From a virus (Duplodnaviria; Caudoviricetes), in IMG/VR virus record IMGVR_UViG_3300037125_000004, positions 1 to 46,889 of that record: a stretch of 46,889 nt of DNA; one strand, 5' to 3'. The position numbers and the translations under genes are program-made. How positions within the stretch are numbered: the first letter of the stretch is position 1; each line of letters starts with the position of its first letter. The notes beneath the pieces were generated by a model that saw only the letters and a list, made by a program, of their open reading frames with translations, searched no databases and was not told where the DNA came from. Below are positions 27,743-35,933 of the stretch, piece after piece.

Positions 27743-28168
27743 ATGGACAAGCAACTAGAGTCTGAAACGATTGTCAAGGCATTACGGGCAAAGGCAAACT
27801 GTGATAAATTTTTTAAGTCTGCAGGGGATTGTATGGGATGCCCTATGCCACACAAGCCATTTCCAAGCCCAGAGCAAATGTGCGTTGGTTTCAATAAAGA
27901 AGTATTGCCGCAAGCCGCTGATATGATCGAATCCCTACAGGCCAAGCTTTCAGTTAGAACCGAACAATGCATAAAGAGGCATGAAGAAATATTCGAGCTA
28001 CGAGAAGAAGTCTCCACACTACAAACTCAGCTTACCGAATTCAGGGCAAGAGAGCAAAAGGCACGAAATGAACTATGTATGAAATGCGGAGCATACCACA
28101 GGGCGCATGAGGGTGCCTGCGACTGGTGTATATGGCGCGATCCTGGGGAAGGAGAGAACCATGAGTAA
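27743..28168 (+). CDS. Cys-rich coiled-coil hypothetical protein
   Basis: RBS GGGGAG. Confidence 0.55.
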   Translation: MDKQLESETIVKALRAKANCDKFFKSAGDCMGCPMPHKPFPSPEQMCVGFNKEVLPQAADMIESLQAKLSVRTEQCIKRHEEIFELREEVSTLQTQLTEFRAREQKARNELCMKCGAYHRAHEGACDWCIWRDPGEGENHE

Positions 28169-28427
28169 TTTGATGAAATGCGGCGGCTTGCGGAAGTTTA
28201 TTGTTATTAAAATCGAGGATTTTGTGAAGTATGTAAATTCTGGAATAAAAGGCGCATTGCTTCAAAACGATTTAGAGGATATTCAGGCCGGAAGAAAGCG
28301 AGACGGGAAAGAACCTTGTCCGGAATACATTGTCATTAACACGGACGAGTCCTACGCACAGGAAGTCATTGAAATTATGAAAAAGCACGGTCATTGGGGA
28401 CAGGCTGGGGAAGGAGAGACAGAATGA
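28161..28427 (+). CDS. Hypothetical protein
   Basis: RBS AAGGAG; YIVINTDESYA. Confidence 0.55.
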   Translation: MSNLMKCGGLRKFIVIKIEDFVKYVNSGIKGALLQNDLEDIQAGRKRDGKEPCPEYIVINTDESYAQEVIEIMKKHGHWGQAGEGETE

Positions 28428-28744
28428 TTAGTTTAAAATGCCCTAAATGTGGATTTTTCTTTAGCGTAAGCTTGCCTGCAAACATCACGGAAGAAGAGCG
28501 GGAAGAAGCATTGACATGTCCTTGCGGCACAAGGATGAAAGAATTGGAACTGACTAATGCACAGAGACGGGCGGTAGAACTGCTTGGTAATGGAGAGGAA
28601 TTTCGCGGATATTATGACAACTGCTGGCATGTTGGATCGCGGATGATAAGAAAGGACACAATGTACGTGCTTGTCAGAAATGGGATTGTTGAGATATACG
28701 CAGATGGCTTGGACAGATATGCCCGGCTTGTGAAGGAGGTATAG
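28424..28744 (+). CDS. Zinc-ribbon hypothetical protein
   Basis: RBS AAGGAG; CPKCG...CPCG. Confidence 0.55.
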   Translation: MISLKCPKCGFFFSVSLPANITEEEREEALTCPCGTRMKELELTNAQRRAVELLGNGEEFRGYYDNCWHVGSRMIRKDTMYVLVRNGIVEIYADGLDRYARLVKEV

Positions 28745-28747
28745 GGT

Positions 28748-29011
28748 ATGAAAATTATGGACGCTGTGTCTCAATTCAAACAGAAAAAATTTAATAACGA
28801 TATGACAAATGAGCGTATCTTAAATGACGCAATGGATAAAATTCTTAAAATAAAACAGATGGTTGGTTTAGGATATTGCGGTTTTGAGATAAAAGTGATG
28901 GCTTGCCAACTAGTAACGTTGGCAGATGACTTCATGAAATGCGACGCTGAAAGGATAATGCTATGTGCAAATGCACCGAAAGAGATACTGGCGGAAGCAA
29001 TAGACGATTGA
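28748..29011 (+). CDS. Hypothetical protein
   Basis: RBS AGGAGG. Confidence 0.5.
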   Translation: MKIMDAVSQFKQKKFNNDMTNERILNDAMDKILKIKQMVGLGYCGFEIKVMACQLVTLADDFMKCDAERIMLCANAPKEILAEAIDD

Positions 29012-29292
29012 CGGAGATTAAAATTCCGAAATGGCTTGTCGGACGAAGGGAATCTGATTTCTATATATTCAGAGCAACCATATTTGTTGACTCTTGCATA
29101 GCAAAAGAAATAGACGAACTATTAAAGGCTGGAGTTATTACTGTTAATTCATGTTGTGGTCATAATAAATACAGGGGAACTGTTATTGTTGCTGAGCAAT
29201 CTATACTAGACATGGAGCGACTTGGGTATAAACACTGCAAAGAAACTCCATATGAAAACTGGAATAATATATTTTATACAAAAACTGATTAG
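29008..29292 (+). CDS. Hypothetical protein with VDSCIA...TVNSCCGH motif
   Basis: TTGA coupling; motif reminiscent of phage Tyw3-like small proteins. Confidence 0.5.
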   Translation: MTEIKIPKWLVGRRESDFYIFRATIFVDSCIAKEIDELLKAGVITVNSCCGHNKYRGTVIVAEQSILDMERLGYKHCKETPYENWNNIFYTKTD

Positions 29293-29318
29293 ATTCAGGT
29301 AAAGGAGGTATAGGGGGA

Positions 29319-29489
29319 ATGCTTACGGCTACTTATGTAAGAAATATTAGAAAAGACAAGCGTATTTGTTGTCAGTGTGGAGGATCTTTTGATCGATATC
29401 GTGGAGATTCGATGGTAACAACAATTAGTAGAGGAAAACACTTGTGCCGCGAATGTGAAAAAGAGAGGCAGGAGGCCGACCATGCTTAA
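29319..29489 (+). CDS. Zinc-finger peptide
   Basis: Translated manually; CCQCG...LCREC. Confidence 0.5.
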   Translation: MLTATYVRNIRKDKRICCQCGGSFDRYRGDSMVTTISRGKHLCRECEKERQEADHA

Positions 29490-29691
29490 TGAGCAGATAA
29501 AACAATATGTGACAGAAAAGAAGCGATACACAGAAATGGAATGTTCTGAATATGCAGAGGGATATGTAATGGCATGTAATGATGTATTAAATTATTTAAG
29601 AAGCATTGGGGATGGTGGTACTGGCCCTGTGGAATATCCGATAAATGTCGTTACAAAAAGAATTGTTTATAGGGAGGCCGACCATGTATAA
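29482..29691 (+). CDS. Hypothetical protein
   Basis: RBS AGGAGG. Confidence 0.5.
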   Translation: MLNEQIKQYVTEKKRYTEMECSEYAEGYVMACNDVLNYLRSIGDGGTGPVEYPINVVTKRIVYREADHV

Positions 29692-29926
29692 AACAGAGGA
29701 GAAAATAGTAGGAGAAATTATAGAACATATAAAAACAAATAAAGCAAATAAAGAGCTAAATGAAGTTAAAGAAAAATGTGACGATCTTGTGGAATCTGCA
29801 CATAAATACAATAAAACCATAAAGATGTTTTCTATCGTTTTTATTGTTGTTATTGCAGTGGTTTGTGTTGCTGTGTGGGTAGCTATGATTGCTATTGTAC
29901 TAGCCGTCAAGAAAGCAGTGGGTTGA
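29684..29926 (+). CDS. Membrane-anchored hypothetical protein
   Basis: RBS GGGAGG; C-terminal hydrophobic helix. Confidence 0.5.
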   Translation: MYKTEEKIVGEIIEHIKTNKANKELNEVKEKCDDLVESAHKYNKTIKMFSIVFIVVIAVVCVAVWVAMIAIVLAVKKAVG

Positions 29927-29944
29927 GGAAGGGGAAGAAGGGAT

Positions 29945-30256
29945 ATGAAAGCAAAGTTTGAAAATCTTGGATTTACAAGTATAGTTACAAAAGAAAAATT
30001 AAAGATCGAAGTTTCAATTGATGGGTTGATATGCGCGTTTGAGAATGCAGAAAACAACCATTTAGAAATGAAAGTTAAGCAGGGAAAGCAGTTAGAATTT
30101 GCGGCATTTTGCGCACGAAATATTATTAACGAATGCAATCAGCATAATGGAGATACTTATTTGCATGAAGCATTTGATAAAATGTTTGACTTAATATTTG
30201 AAGGCTATGAGGACGCTTCTGACTGTGTTGATGATCCAGAGGATACAGAAGAATGA
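29945..30256 (+). CDS. Hypothetical protein
   Basis: Purine-rich RBS; acidic tail. Confidence 0.5.
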   Translation: MKAKFENLGFTSIVTKEKLKIEVSIDGLICAFENAENNHLEMKVKQGKQLEFAAFCARNIINECNQHNGDTYLHEAFDKMFDLIFEGYEDASDCVDDPEDTEE

Positions 30257-31203
30257 CAGAACCAAATAACAACAATAAATCATGGGCAAGCAACGAGATT
30301 GTATTACTAATAAAGCATTATGAAAATAATGTAGAGCCATCTAAAATTGCTGATGAACTCGGAAGATCAAGACGGGCAATAATAAGCAAGGCAAACAAAC
30401 TACACATTGCGCACCCCGTGAGTTTTACGGAAAAAGAATGTCGTTATATTAAAAAGAATTACAATAGCTACAACCTCCAAGAGATATCTAATAAACTTTG
30501 CAGGCCAAAAACGAGCATTGCCCGTAAAGCACGTGAACTCGGTGTTGAAATGACCGGGAGAAAGAAAAAGAACCCCAAGGGTCCGGCGAAGCCAAAATAC
30601 AAAACATCTAAAGCGAGAAATGCCGCAACCAGTAAAAGGATGAAAAAATGGATTGCCGAAAACGGGCATCCGCGAGGCATGTTGGGAAAAACGCATTCGG
30701 AAGAGTTTAAGAAGAGATATGCAGATGCTGTAATTAAATGGCACCAAAATGCATCCGAAAAAGACAAAAAGAAAAGGATTGATAAATTGATTAAATCAAG
30801 AAAAAAAAACGGAACGTTGAACCCACACAAAGACGCTTCATCATGTTATTCGAGGGCCAGGGGCGGTAGGCGCGCTGATTTAAATAATCAGTATTTCCGT
30901 AGTGCGTGGGAAGCAAACATGGCTCGGTATTATAACTTTGTTGGGATTAGATGGGAATATGAACCGAGAACATTTGTTTTTGAGCCAATAAGAAGGGGGT
31001 GTGTTTCATATACTCCAGACTTTTATTTATTAAATGAGGACAGATGGGTTGAAATTAAGGGATGGATGGACGATAAAAGTAAAACAAAGCTAAAAAGATT
31101 TGCAAAGTATTATCCAGAAGAATCTAAAAAGTTGGAACTCATAACACAAAAGGAATACAAGGAATTTGCTAAGTACGGTCGGTTAATTCCCAATTGGGAA
31201 TGA
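30253..31203 (+). CDS. PD-(D/E)XK endonuclease fused to HTH repeats and a NUMOD3-like segment
   Basis: FRSAWEANMA...WEYEP...YTPDFYL...VEIKGW; GMLGKTHSEE. Confidence 0.75.
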   Translation: MTEPNNNNKSWASNEIVLLIKHYENNVEPSKIADELGRSRRAIISKANKLHIAHPVSFTEKECRYIKKNYNSYNLQEISNKLCRPKTSIARKARELGVEMTGRKKKNPKGPAKPKYKTSKARNAATSKRMKKWIAENGHPRGMLGKTHSEEFKKRYADAVIKWHQNASEKDKKKRIDKLIKSRKKNGTLNPHKDASSCYSRARGGRRADLNNQYFRSAWEANMARYYNFVGIRWEYEPRTFVFEPIRRGCVSYTPDFYLLNEDRWVEIKGWMDDKSKTKLKRFAKYYPEESKKLELITQKEYKEFAKYGRLIPNWE

Positions 31204-31239
31204 CGATGGGACAAGCATTACTGTAGTGAGGTTAGAAAA

Positions 31240-31788
31240 ATGCAAGAATTAAAGCAAAAGATACTCCAATTCATGAAAGAAGAAAGGCTTGAAAATATAC
31301 CTACAAGAACACAGATGGTTGGATTAGGGATTAAACATTCTTGGATAGACAAATATGGCGGTATTGAAAAGATGTCAAAGGCACTTGGAATACCTTATAT
31401 GAGAGTAGGGACATGTGAAAGCTGCGGAAGTGCTTTTTACACTAGGGATCCAAAGAAAAGATACTGCGAATACAGTTGCAAAAATAGCGCACACAGCAAG
31501 AAGATATCGAGAGGGCCACGCAGGAAACTAACTTATGATTCAATTATTGGGATAGCAAGTGATCTTTTGGAAGGATGGTCAGTAGAGAAGATCGCAAAGA
31601 CAACAAATTACGATCCCGAATATTTGGAAGGGCAAATAAAACTTTATGCTTTTCAGATAAAGAGAGAAATGCAAGCAAGAAAAGCATATAGAAAATACTC
31701 ACATTTGCACAGCGAAGGACAAAAACATATTTACAGACCATATGAAACAAAAGTAAAGCGCAATATATACGGCGCATTGATGGGATAA
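31240..31788 (+). CDS. Hypothetical DNA-binding protein (zinc finger plus HTH)
   Basis: CESCG...YCEYSC; GWSVEKIA. Confidence 0.55.
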   Translation: MQELKQKILQFMKEERLENIPTRTQMVGLGIKHSWIDKYGGIEKMSKALGIPYMRVGTCESCGSAFYTRDPKKRYCEYSCKNSAHSKKISRGPRRKLTYDSIIGIASDLLEGWSVEKIAKTTNYDPEYLEGQIKLYAFQIKREMQARKAYRKYSHLHSEGQKHIYRPYETKVKRNIYGALMG

Positions 31789-31802
31789 GGGAGGGAGCAT
31801 AT

Positions 31803-32030
31803 ATGAAAGTTAGCGATATAAAGGTAAACCATATGTATGAGCTAAATTTTTACCGCAACAAATGGTTTTGTAAAGTATTGAAAATAAAGGATGACCGTAT
31901 ATATTATAATATCATAAAAACAAAAATGGCTGGCGGCGAAGATTATTATGGGTTTACTGGGAAAATGGATTCACCGTTAAAAAACTTTTTAAAATATGCG
32001 GTAGAAGATTTAGGGGAGGTAGAACAATGA
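31803..32030 (+). CDS. Hypothetical protein
   Basis: RBS GGAG. Confidence 0.5.
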   Translation: MKVSDIKVNHMYELNFYRNKWFCKVLKIKDDRIYYNIIKTKMAGGEDYYGFTGKMDSPLKNFLKYAVEDLGEVEQ

Positions 32031-32356
32031 CATACAGTTCATCCGTATTTATACCAGACAAGACGCCGGAAAAGCACAGAAAATATATGGAGCGTGATGC
32101 AAAAGAAAAAGCCATAAGAGAGATAACAAAAATAATCAAAGACGGAGAATACTATACTTTCAGAATTATCAAAAATAAAAGGCAAGCAGTACACCAATAC
32201 ACGCAAGGGGACGAAATTGTTTATAGCTTTGATATAAAAATATGTGAACGCGAAACAATCAGGATTCCCTTGACATTTGAAGAACGCTTTCTCGCGCCAA
32301 ATAAAAAATTCTTTGCCCGTTTAAAGGCAGGAATACGCTATTTGATTGGGAGGTAA
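32027..32356 (+). CDS. Hypothetical protein
   Basis: RBS GGAGG; ATGA coupling. Confidence 0.5.
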   Translation: MTYSSSVFIPDKTPEKHRKYMERDAKEKAIREITKIIKDGEYYTFRIIKNKRQAVHQYTQGDEIVYSFDIKICERETIRIPLTFEERFLAPNKKFFARLKAGIRYLIGR

Positions 32357-32363
32357 TTGAATA

Positions 32364-32762
32364 ATGCTAAATAAAGTAGTCCTTATAGGTCGCCTCACCA
32401 AAGACCCGGAACTGCGTTATACAGCGACCGGCACAGCCGTATGTACATTTACTCTGGCAGTGGACAGGCAGAAAAAAGATGAAGCTGATTTTATACCTAT
32501 TGTGACGTGGGAGAAAATAGCCGAGAACTGCGGAAAGTATCTTGTGAAAGGTCGGCTTGTGGCAGTATGTGGGCGAATCCATGTAAGGAATTATGAGACC
32601 CAGGCAGGAGAGCGGCGGTATGTAACAGAGGTTATTGGTGACGAAGTTAAATTTTTATCATGGAAACAAGAAACAGAGAACGGGCCAGACATGAGTGGGT
32701 TTAACCCGGAACCACAAGAGCCGGAGCAGCAGAGCATGGATACGTTTTTTAAAAGGCGGTGA
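32364..32762 (+). CDS. ssb: Single-stranded DNA-binding protein
   Basis: MLNKVVLIGRLTKDPELRYT...EADFIPIV. Confidence 0.95.
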   Translation: MLNKVVLIGRLTKDPELRYTATGTAVCTFTLAVDRQKKDEADFIPIVTWEKIAENCGKYLVKGRLVAVCGRIHVRNYETQAGERRYVTEVIGDEVKFLSWKQETENGPDMSGFNPEPQEPEQQSMDTFFKRR

Positions 32763-32766
32763 TCAC

Positions 32767-33006
32767 ATGGACATACGAGAAAGCCTTATATTAAATCCTT
32801 TGCCAGATGATATACAAGAGGCTATCAGACGTGTTAGAATACGTCACAACACAAGCAAAGCGTTTGAAGTGTTCCGTATGCGGTTTATTGAAGGGCGGCC
32901 CTATGACGTGATAGCGGAAGCGAGACACTACGAGATAGGGACATGCAGGAACTACGCAAGCAGAATCATGCAGGAAATTGAGGCGGAAGTAGAGAATATA
33001 ATTTGA
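32767..33006 (+). CDS. Sigma region-4-like HTH protein (possible late activator)
   Basis: VFRMRFIEGRPYDVIAEARHYEIGTCRNY; last early gene. Confidence 0.65.
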   Translation: MDIRESLILNPLPDDIQEAIRRVRIRHNTSKAFEVFRMRFIEGRPYDVIAEARHYEIGTCRNYASRIMQEIEAEVENII

Positions 33007-33032
33007 CAGGAACGTATGTTCTATGGTATAAT
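33003..33032 (+). promoter_or_regulatory. Consensus SigA promoter with LexA box in spacer
   Basis: TTGACA-18-TATAAT with extended TG; GAACGTATGTTC at 33010-33021. Confidence 0.85.
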
Positions 33033-33038
33033 ATGATG

Positions 33039-33263
33039 AACTTGTGAAAGCGTAAATGCGCCGTAGCTGGTGTAAGGCTCTGTACTATCGAAGGTCTACG
33101 TGCCACGTGGAGTAGTATAGCGGCAGCTATCTAGGTAGTATGGGGCCATACGGAATTGCGGTGAGTGTTTGCGGACACCACTTAAGGTAATCGGATGCGT
33201 CCGGTTTCCTGCCTTATCGGGCGAAAAAAGAAAGCCGGGCGATTAAACCCGGTTTTTCTTTTC
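33039..33263 (+). ncRNA. Structured small RNA (~220 nt) of unknown family
   Basis: Own promoter and terminator, no ORF with RBS, multiple nested stems. Confidence 0.7.
33224..33263. terminator. Bidirectional intrinsic terminator
   Basis: AAAAAAGAAAGCCGGG-CGATTAAA-CCCGGTTTTTCTTTT. Confidence 0.8.
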
Positions 33264-33410
33264 TGATTCTTCCTCTTGTACTTTATTGATTTTATCTATT
33301 ACTGATAACTCTATAATTTGTGCTTTAGGGATCCTAGTCTCTTTAGAATATTTTGAAATCCAATCCCATACAGCGGGATCAATGGTAATCGTTATTTTTT
33401 TTCGGGACAT
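33243..33410 (-). CDS. Ribbon-helix-helix DNA-binding protein (55 aa)
   Basis: Translated manually: MSRKKITITIDPAVWDWISKYSKETRIPKAQIIELSV...; RBS AAGGAGG. Confidence 0.75.
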   Translation of the reverse strand: MSRKKITITIDPAVWDWISKYSKETRIPKAQIIELSVIDKINKVQEEESEKKNRV

Positions 33411-33466
33411 TTTTTCGCCTCCTTATTTGTAAATAATACAATATAACCGGGGATATTGCTAGTGGA

Positions 33467-33616
33467 TTAGGAACATTGAGCAGCCTCTTCGATTATTTCA
33501 ATTGCCAGTGTGAGCCCAGAAGCTTTACCCCGCCAATAGTCAGGGCTTTTACTTATCTGCATTTGTTCCCAATATTCTTTGCGTTGTTCCGTGAGTTTTT
33601 TCAATATCTCGTTCAT
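33467..33616 (-). CDS. Hypothetical 49-aa protein
   Basis: RBS AGGAGG; MNEILKKLTEQRKEYWEQ...YWRGKASGLTLAIEII. Confidence 0.6.
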   Translation of the reverse strand: MNEILKKLTEQRKEYWEQMQISKSPDYWRGKASGLTLAIEIIEEAAQCS

Positions 33617-33638
33617 GGTTCATACCTCCTATCAATTT

Positions 33639-33699
33639 ACGGGGTGCTGACCGTGCCGTTTCCGGCCCCGCATTACCGGCCCGAAGGCCGTCAGTCTGC
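33639..33699 (-). ncRNA. Twister ribozyme (P5-type permutation)
   Basis: GCA-GACTGA-CGGCC-TTCG-GGCCG-G-TAA-TGC-GGG-GCCG-GAAA-CGGC-ACGG-TCAGCACC-CCGT: P1-P4 plus both pseudoknots (CUG/CAG, GGG/CCC). Confidence 0.8.
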
Positions 33700-33966
33700 G
33701 TATTTGCACATGTAGAAATGGACTTTTCCGTCTTTTATTTCGTGGGTGCAGCTTTCCCACACACCGTAATACAAAAACCACACAATACCATCGAAATCAT
33801 TTATGTACTCGAAACCCAGTTTTTTTAGACCACGACGCAAAAGCTCATTAATTGAATCGTTACCATTCTCCCACTTTACATTAAAAAACGGAGTATGGGC
33901 AATAGGTTCGCCGTGTGGCTTTCGATCGTTGAAGTCTTTACAAAGTTTATTAAAATCCATCTTCAT
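33691..33966 (-). CDS. Hypothetical protein (91 aa)
   Basis: RBS AAGGAGG; stop codon lies inside the twister. Confidence 0.7.
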   Translation of the reverse strand: MKMDFNKLCKDFNDRKPHGEPIAHTPFFNVKWENGNDSINELLRRGLKKLGFEYINDFDGIVWFLYYGVWESCTHEIKDGKVHFYMCKYAD

Positions 33967-33987
33967 TCCCTCCTTATTTAATATAGC

Positions 33988-34048
33988 CTATTTTCATCAG
34001 TACCGGGAGGCTATCTCCGGTAGACGGGCCGAAGCCCGTTTCGATTAG
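33988..34048 (-). ncRNA. Type II hammerhead ribozyme with degenerate stem II
   Basis: CTAATC-GAAA-CGGGC-TTCG-GCCCG-TC-TACCGG...CCGGTA-CTGATGA-AAATAG; core intact, stem II has two mismatches. Confidence 0.75.
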
Positions 34049-34266
34049 TTGATATTGTGAGCGTCCATATAAGCTACCACTTTTTTGATCCGGTCCTTTA
34101 TCTCGCTAACTTTTTTCTCGTCCTCCGCAATCCACCGCCTGCTGTCCTCGTCCCCGTATAATTCAAAGCACTTTTTACTGTCTGCAAGTTTCTTTTCTGC
34201 CTTTGCAAGGGTTTCGTTCCACTCCATCATTGTAATCTCTCGCTTGGTTCCCGTTAAAATTTGCAT
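34045..34266 (-). CDS. Hypothetical coiled-coil protein (73 aa, MQILTGTKRE...)
   Basis: RBS AAGGAGG; upstream promoter TTGCAT-16-TATAAT at 34297-34324. Confidence 0.7.
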   Translation of the reverse strand: MQILTGTKREITMMEWNETLAKAEKKLADSKKCFELYGDEDSRRWIAEDEKKVSEIKDRIKKVVAYMDAHNIN

Positions 34267-34403
34267 CGTGTTTACCTCCTTGCTTTTGATATTCTCATTA
34301 TACCGCAAAATACAGACAATGCAAGAGAACACAAGGGGAACAAATTGTAAATAAAGTGTGAACAAATCGTACATAAAATGATTATATCTGGATAGTTGGT
34401 AAC

Positions 34404-34440
34404 ATGATATACTATATGTAGACAGGGAGAACGTAAGTTC
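34404..34440 (+). promoter_or_regulatory. Extended -10 promoter with downstream LexA box
   Basis: TG-A-TATACT at 34404-34412; GAACGTAAGTTC at 34429-34440. Confidence 0.6.
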
Positions 34441-34457
34441 CTACAAGGAGAAAAAAG

Positions 34458-34619
34458 GTGCAGGAAGCAACGAGACAACATATAGAATTAAACGACGTAG
34501 ATCACGCAGGTACAGTATTTAATATCCATGGGCATCTAATAACCTACGAATTGCTTTGTGATGTTGTTGAAGCAATGGAAAAGGATTACAATATATTAAA
34601 TAAAATACGAAAGAAATGA
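34458..34619 (+). CDS. Hypothetical 53-aa protein
   Basis: RBS AAGGAG, GTG start; translated manually. Confidence 0.55.
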   Translation: MQEATRQHIELNDVDHAGTVFNIHGHLITYELLCDVVEAMEKDYNILNKIRKK

Positions 34620-34623
34620 TCAT

Positions 34624-34731
34624 ATGCCGTACAAGAGTAAAAAACAAAGAGCCTGGATGCATATAAACAAGCCCAAACAAGCAAAGAATTGGGATAAGAA
34701 GTATGGGACTAAGATCAAAAAGAAAAAATGA
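34624..34731 (+). CDS. Small basic peptide MPYKSKKQRAWMHINKPKQAKNWDKKY...
   Basis: Translated manually; resembles a recurrent phage MPF/YKSxxQ peptide family. Confidence 0.6.
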   Translation: MPYKSKKQRAWMHINKPKQAKNWDKKYGTKIKKKK

Positions 34732-34886
34732 TGAATTATAACGCTATTATAAAAGCCAATCATAGGAGTATACGGCGGTTCATGGCTCACCAGAAAAAAC
34801 GATTAAGAGAGCTGCGGAACATGAAGAACCCTACAAATGAACAGATACAGGAAATACGTGATAGGTTGCGGGGGATAGTAGAGTGA
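34728..34886 (+). CDS. Hypothetical 52-aa basic protein
   Basis: ATGA coupling; translated manually. Confidence 0.45.
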   Translation: MMNYNAIIKANHRSIRRFMAHQKKRLRELRNMKNPTNEQIQEIRDRLRGIVE

Positions 34887-35026
34887 GTGCCGAGGAAAAA
34901 AAAGAAATCGAAGAGATCAGACACAGAATAGCAGTGAGTAGTTTTATGCTTGGACTACCGTCAATGCGTGAAATATATAATCTGCCGGTTGCGCCTGAAC
35001 CTATAATAGTAAAAGACCCGGAGTAA
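34883..35026 (+). CDS. Hypothetical 47-aa protein
   Basis: GTGA coupling; translated manually. Confidence 0.45.
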   Translation: MSAEEKKEIEEIRHRIAVSSFMLGLPSMREIYNLPVAPEPIIVKDPE

Positions 35027-35035
35027 GGAGAGGGT

Positions 35036-35248
35036 ATGGAACTATGGATTGATCTAAAAGAATGGAAAGCGTACATGCGATCAAAGGGTATAGAGATACG
35101 CGAAGGGGAAAGGCATAACAGAACAGATGGTGAGGCACATTATATCTTGTCACATGGCGATAAACATTTTGAGTTACACGCCAATGTATGGGACAAGGCC
35201 AAACATTGGAAAGAATCAATAAAGTGGGCAAATAACATTACTAGATAA
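35036..35248 (+). CDS. Hypothetical protein
   Basis: RBS AAGGAG. Confidence 0.55.
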   Translation: MELWIDLKEWKAYMRSKGIEIREGERHNRTDGEAHYILSHGDKHFELHANVWDKAKHWKESIKWANNITR

Positions 35249-35321
35249 AAAGATAGATATGCACATGTATTCATATGTTCATGTAAAAGCATAAAGATAA
35301 TATTATGGAAGTGTAAACAAT

Positions 35322-35933
35322 ATGGGGAGACCAAAGAAATACACATCAGATGAAGAGCGCCGGCGAGCGAAGCAACTCTCCAACCTTAAATACCGTGAAC
35401 GGTTAAAGGATAGACAACGTATGGAAAAGACACCAGGTAAGAAAGCTGTAGATGTATGTGTACATAAGGGGCAAGGCTCTAATAATGGTGGATTGTTACC
35501 CCAATACAGTGAGGTAGAGTTTAAAAGTAAAGTAGAACAGTATACAGAGGATGTTATCAATAATGTACGTAACGTAGCTATTCCCTCTATGTATGACCTG
35601 GCTGTGTATCTTGACATCGATCATACAACGCTTATGGACTATGAGAGGCGTGGGGGACTGTATGCCAGTTCCGTATCTCGCGTGCGTACTTGGATGGTCT
35701 CGCAAAAGCTCGGTAGCCTCTATACGCTCAAGAATCCCAGGGGTGCTATGTTCGACTTGAACGTTAACCATGGAATGAGCGAGACAAAGGAAACAAATGT
35801 ACATATTGACGGAAAAATACAGGCTATTCAGGGCATGAATGATGAAGAATTAGAAGCAAAGATACAAATGATGCTACCTAAATCAACATCTAGTAGGTAC
35901 ATAGAAACACAACATACTACATCTAGTGGTTAG
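35322..35933 (+). CDS. Terminase small subunit (P22 gp3-like)
   Basis: MGRPKKY; PSMYDLAVYLDIDHTTLMDYE HTH; NPRGAMFDL...GMSE; upstream of large terminase. Confidence 0.75.
   Translation: MGRPKKYTSDEERRRAKQLSNLKYRERLKDRQRMEKTPGKKAVDVCVHKGQGSNNGGLLPQYSEVEFKSKVEQYTEDVINNVRNVAIPSMYDLAVYLDIDHTTLMDYERRGGLYASSVSRVRTWMVSQKLGSLYTLKNPRGAMFDLNVNHGMSETKETNVHIDGKIQAIQGMNDEELEAKIQMMLPKSTSSRYIETQHTTSSG

Noticed and set aside
33056-33115. 19-codon ORF within the sRNA (type I toxin?)
   Set aside because: No RBS and not hydrophobic
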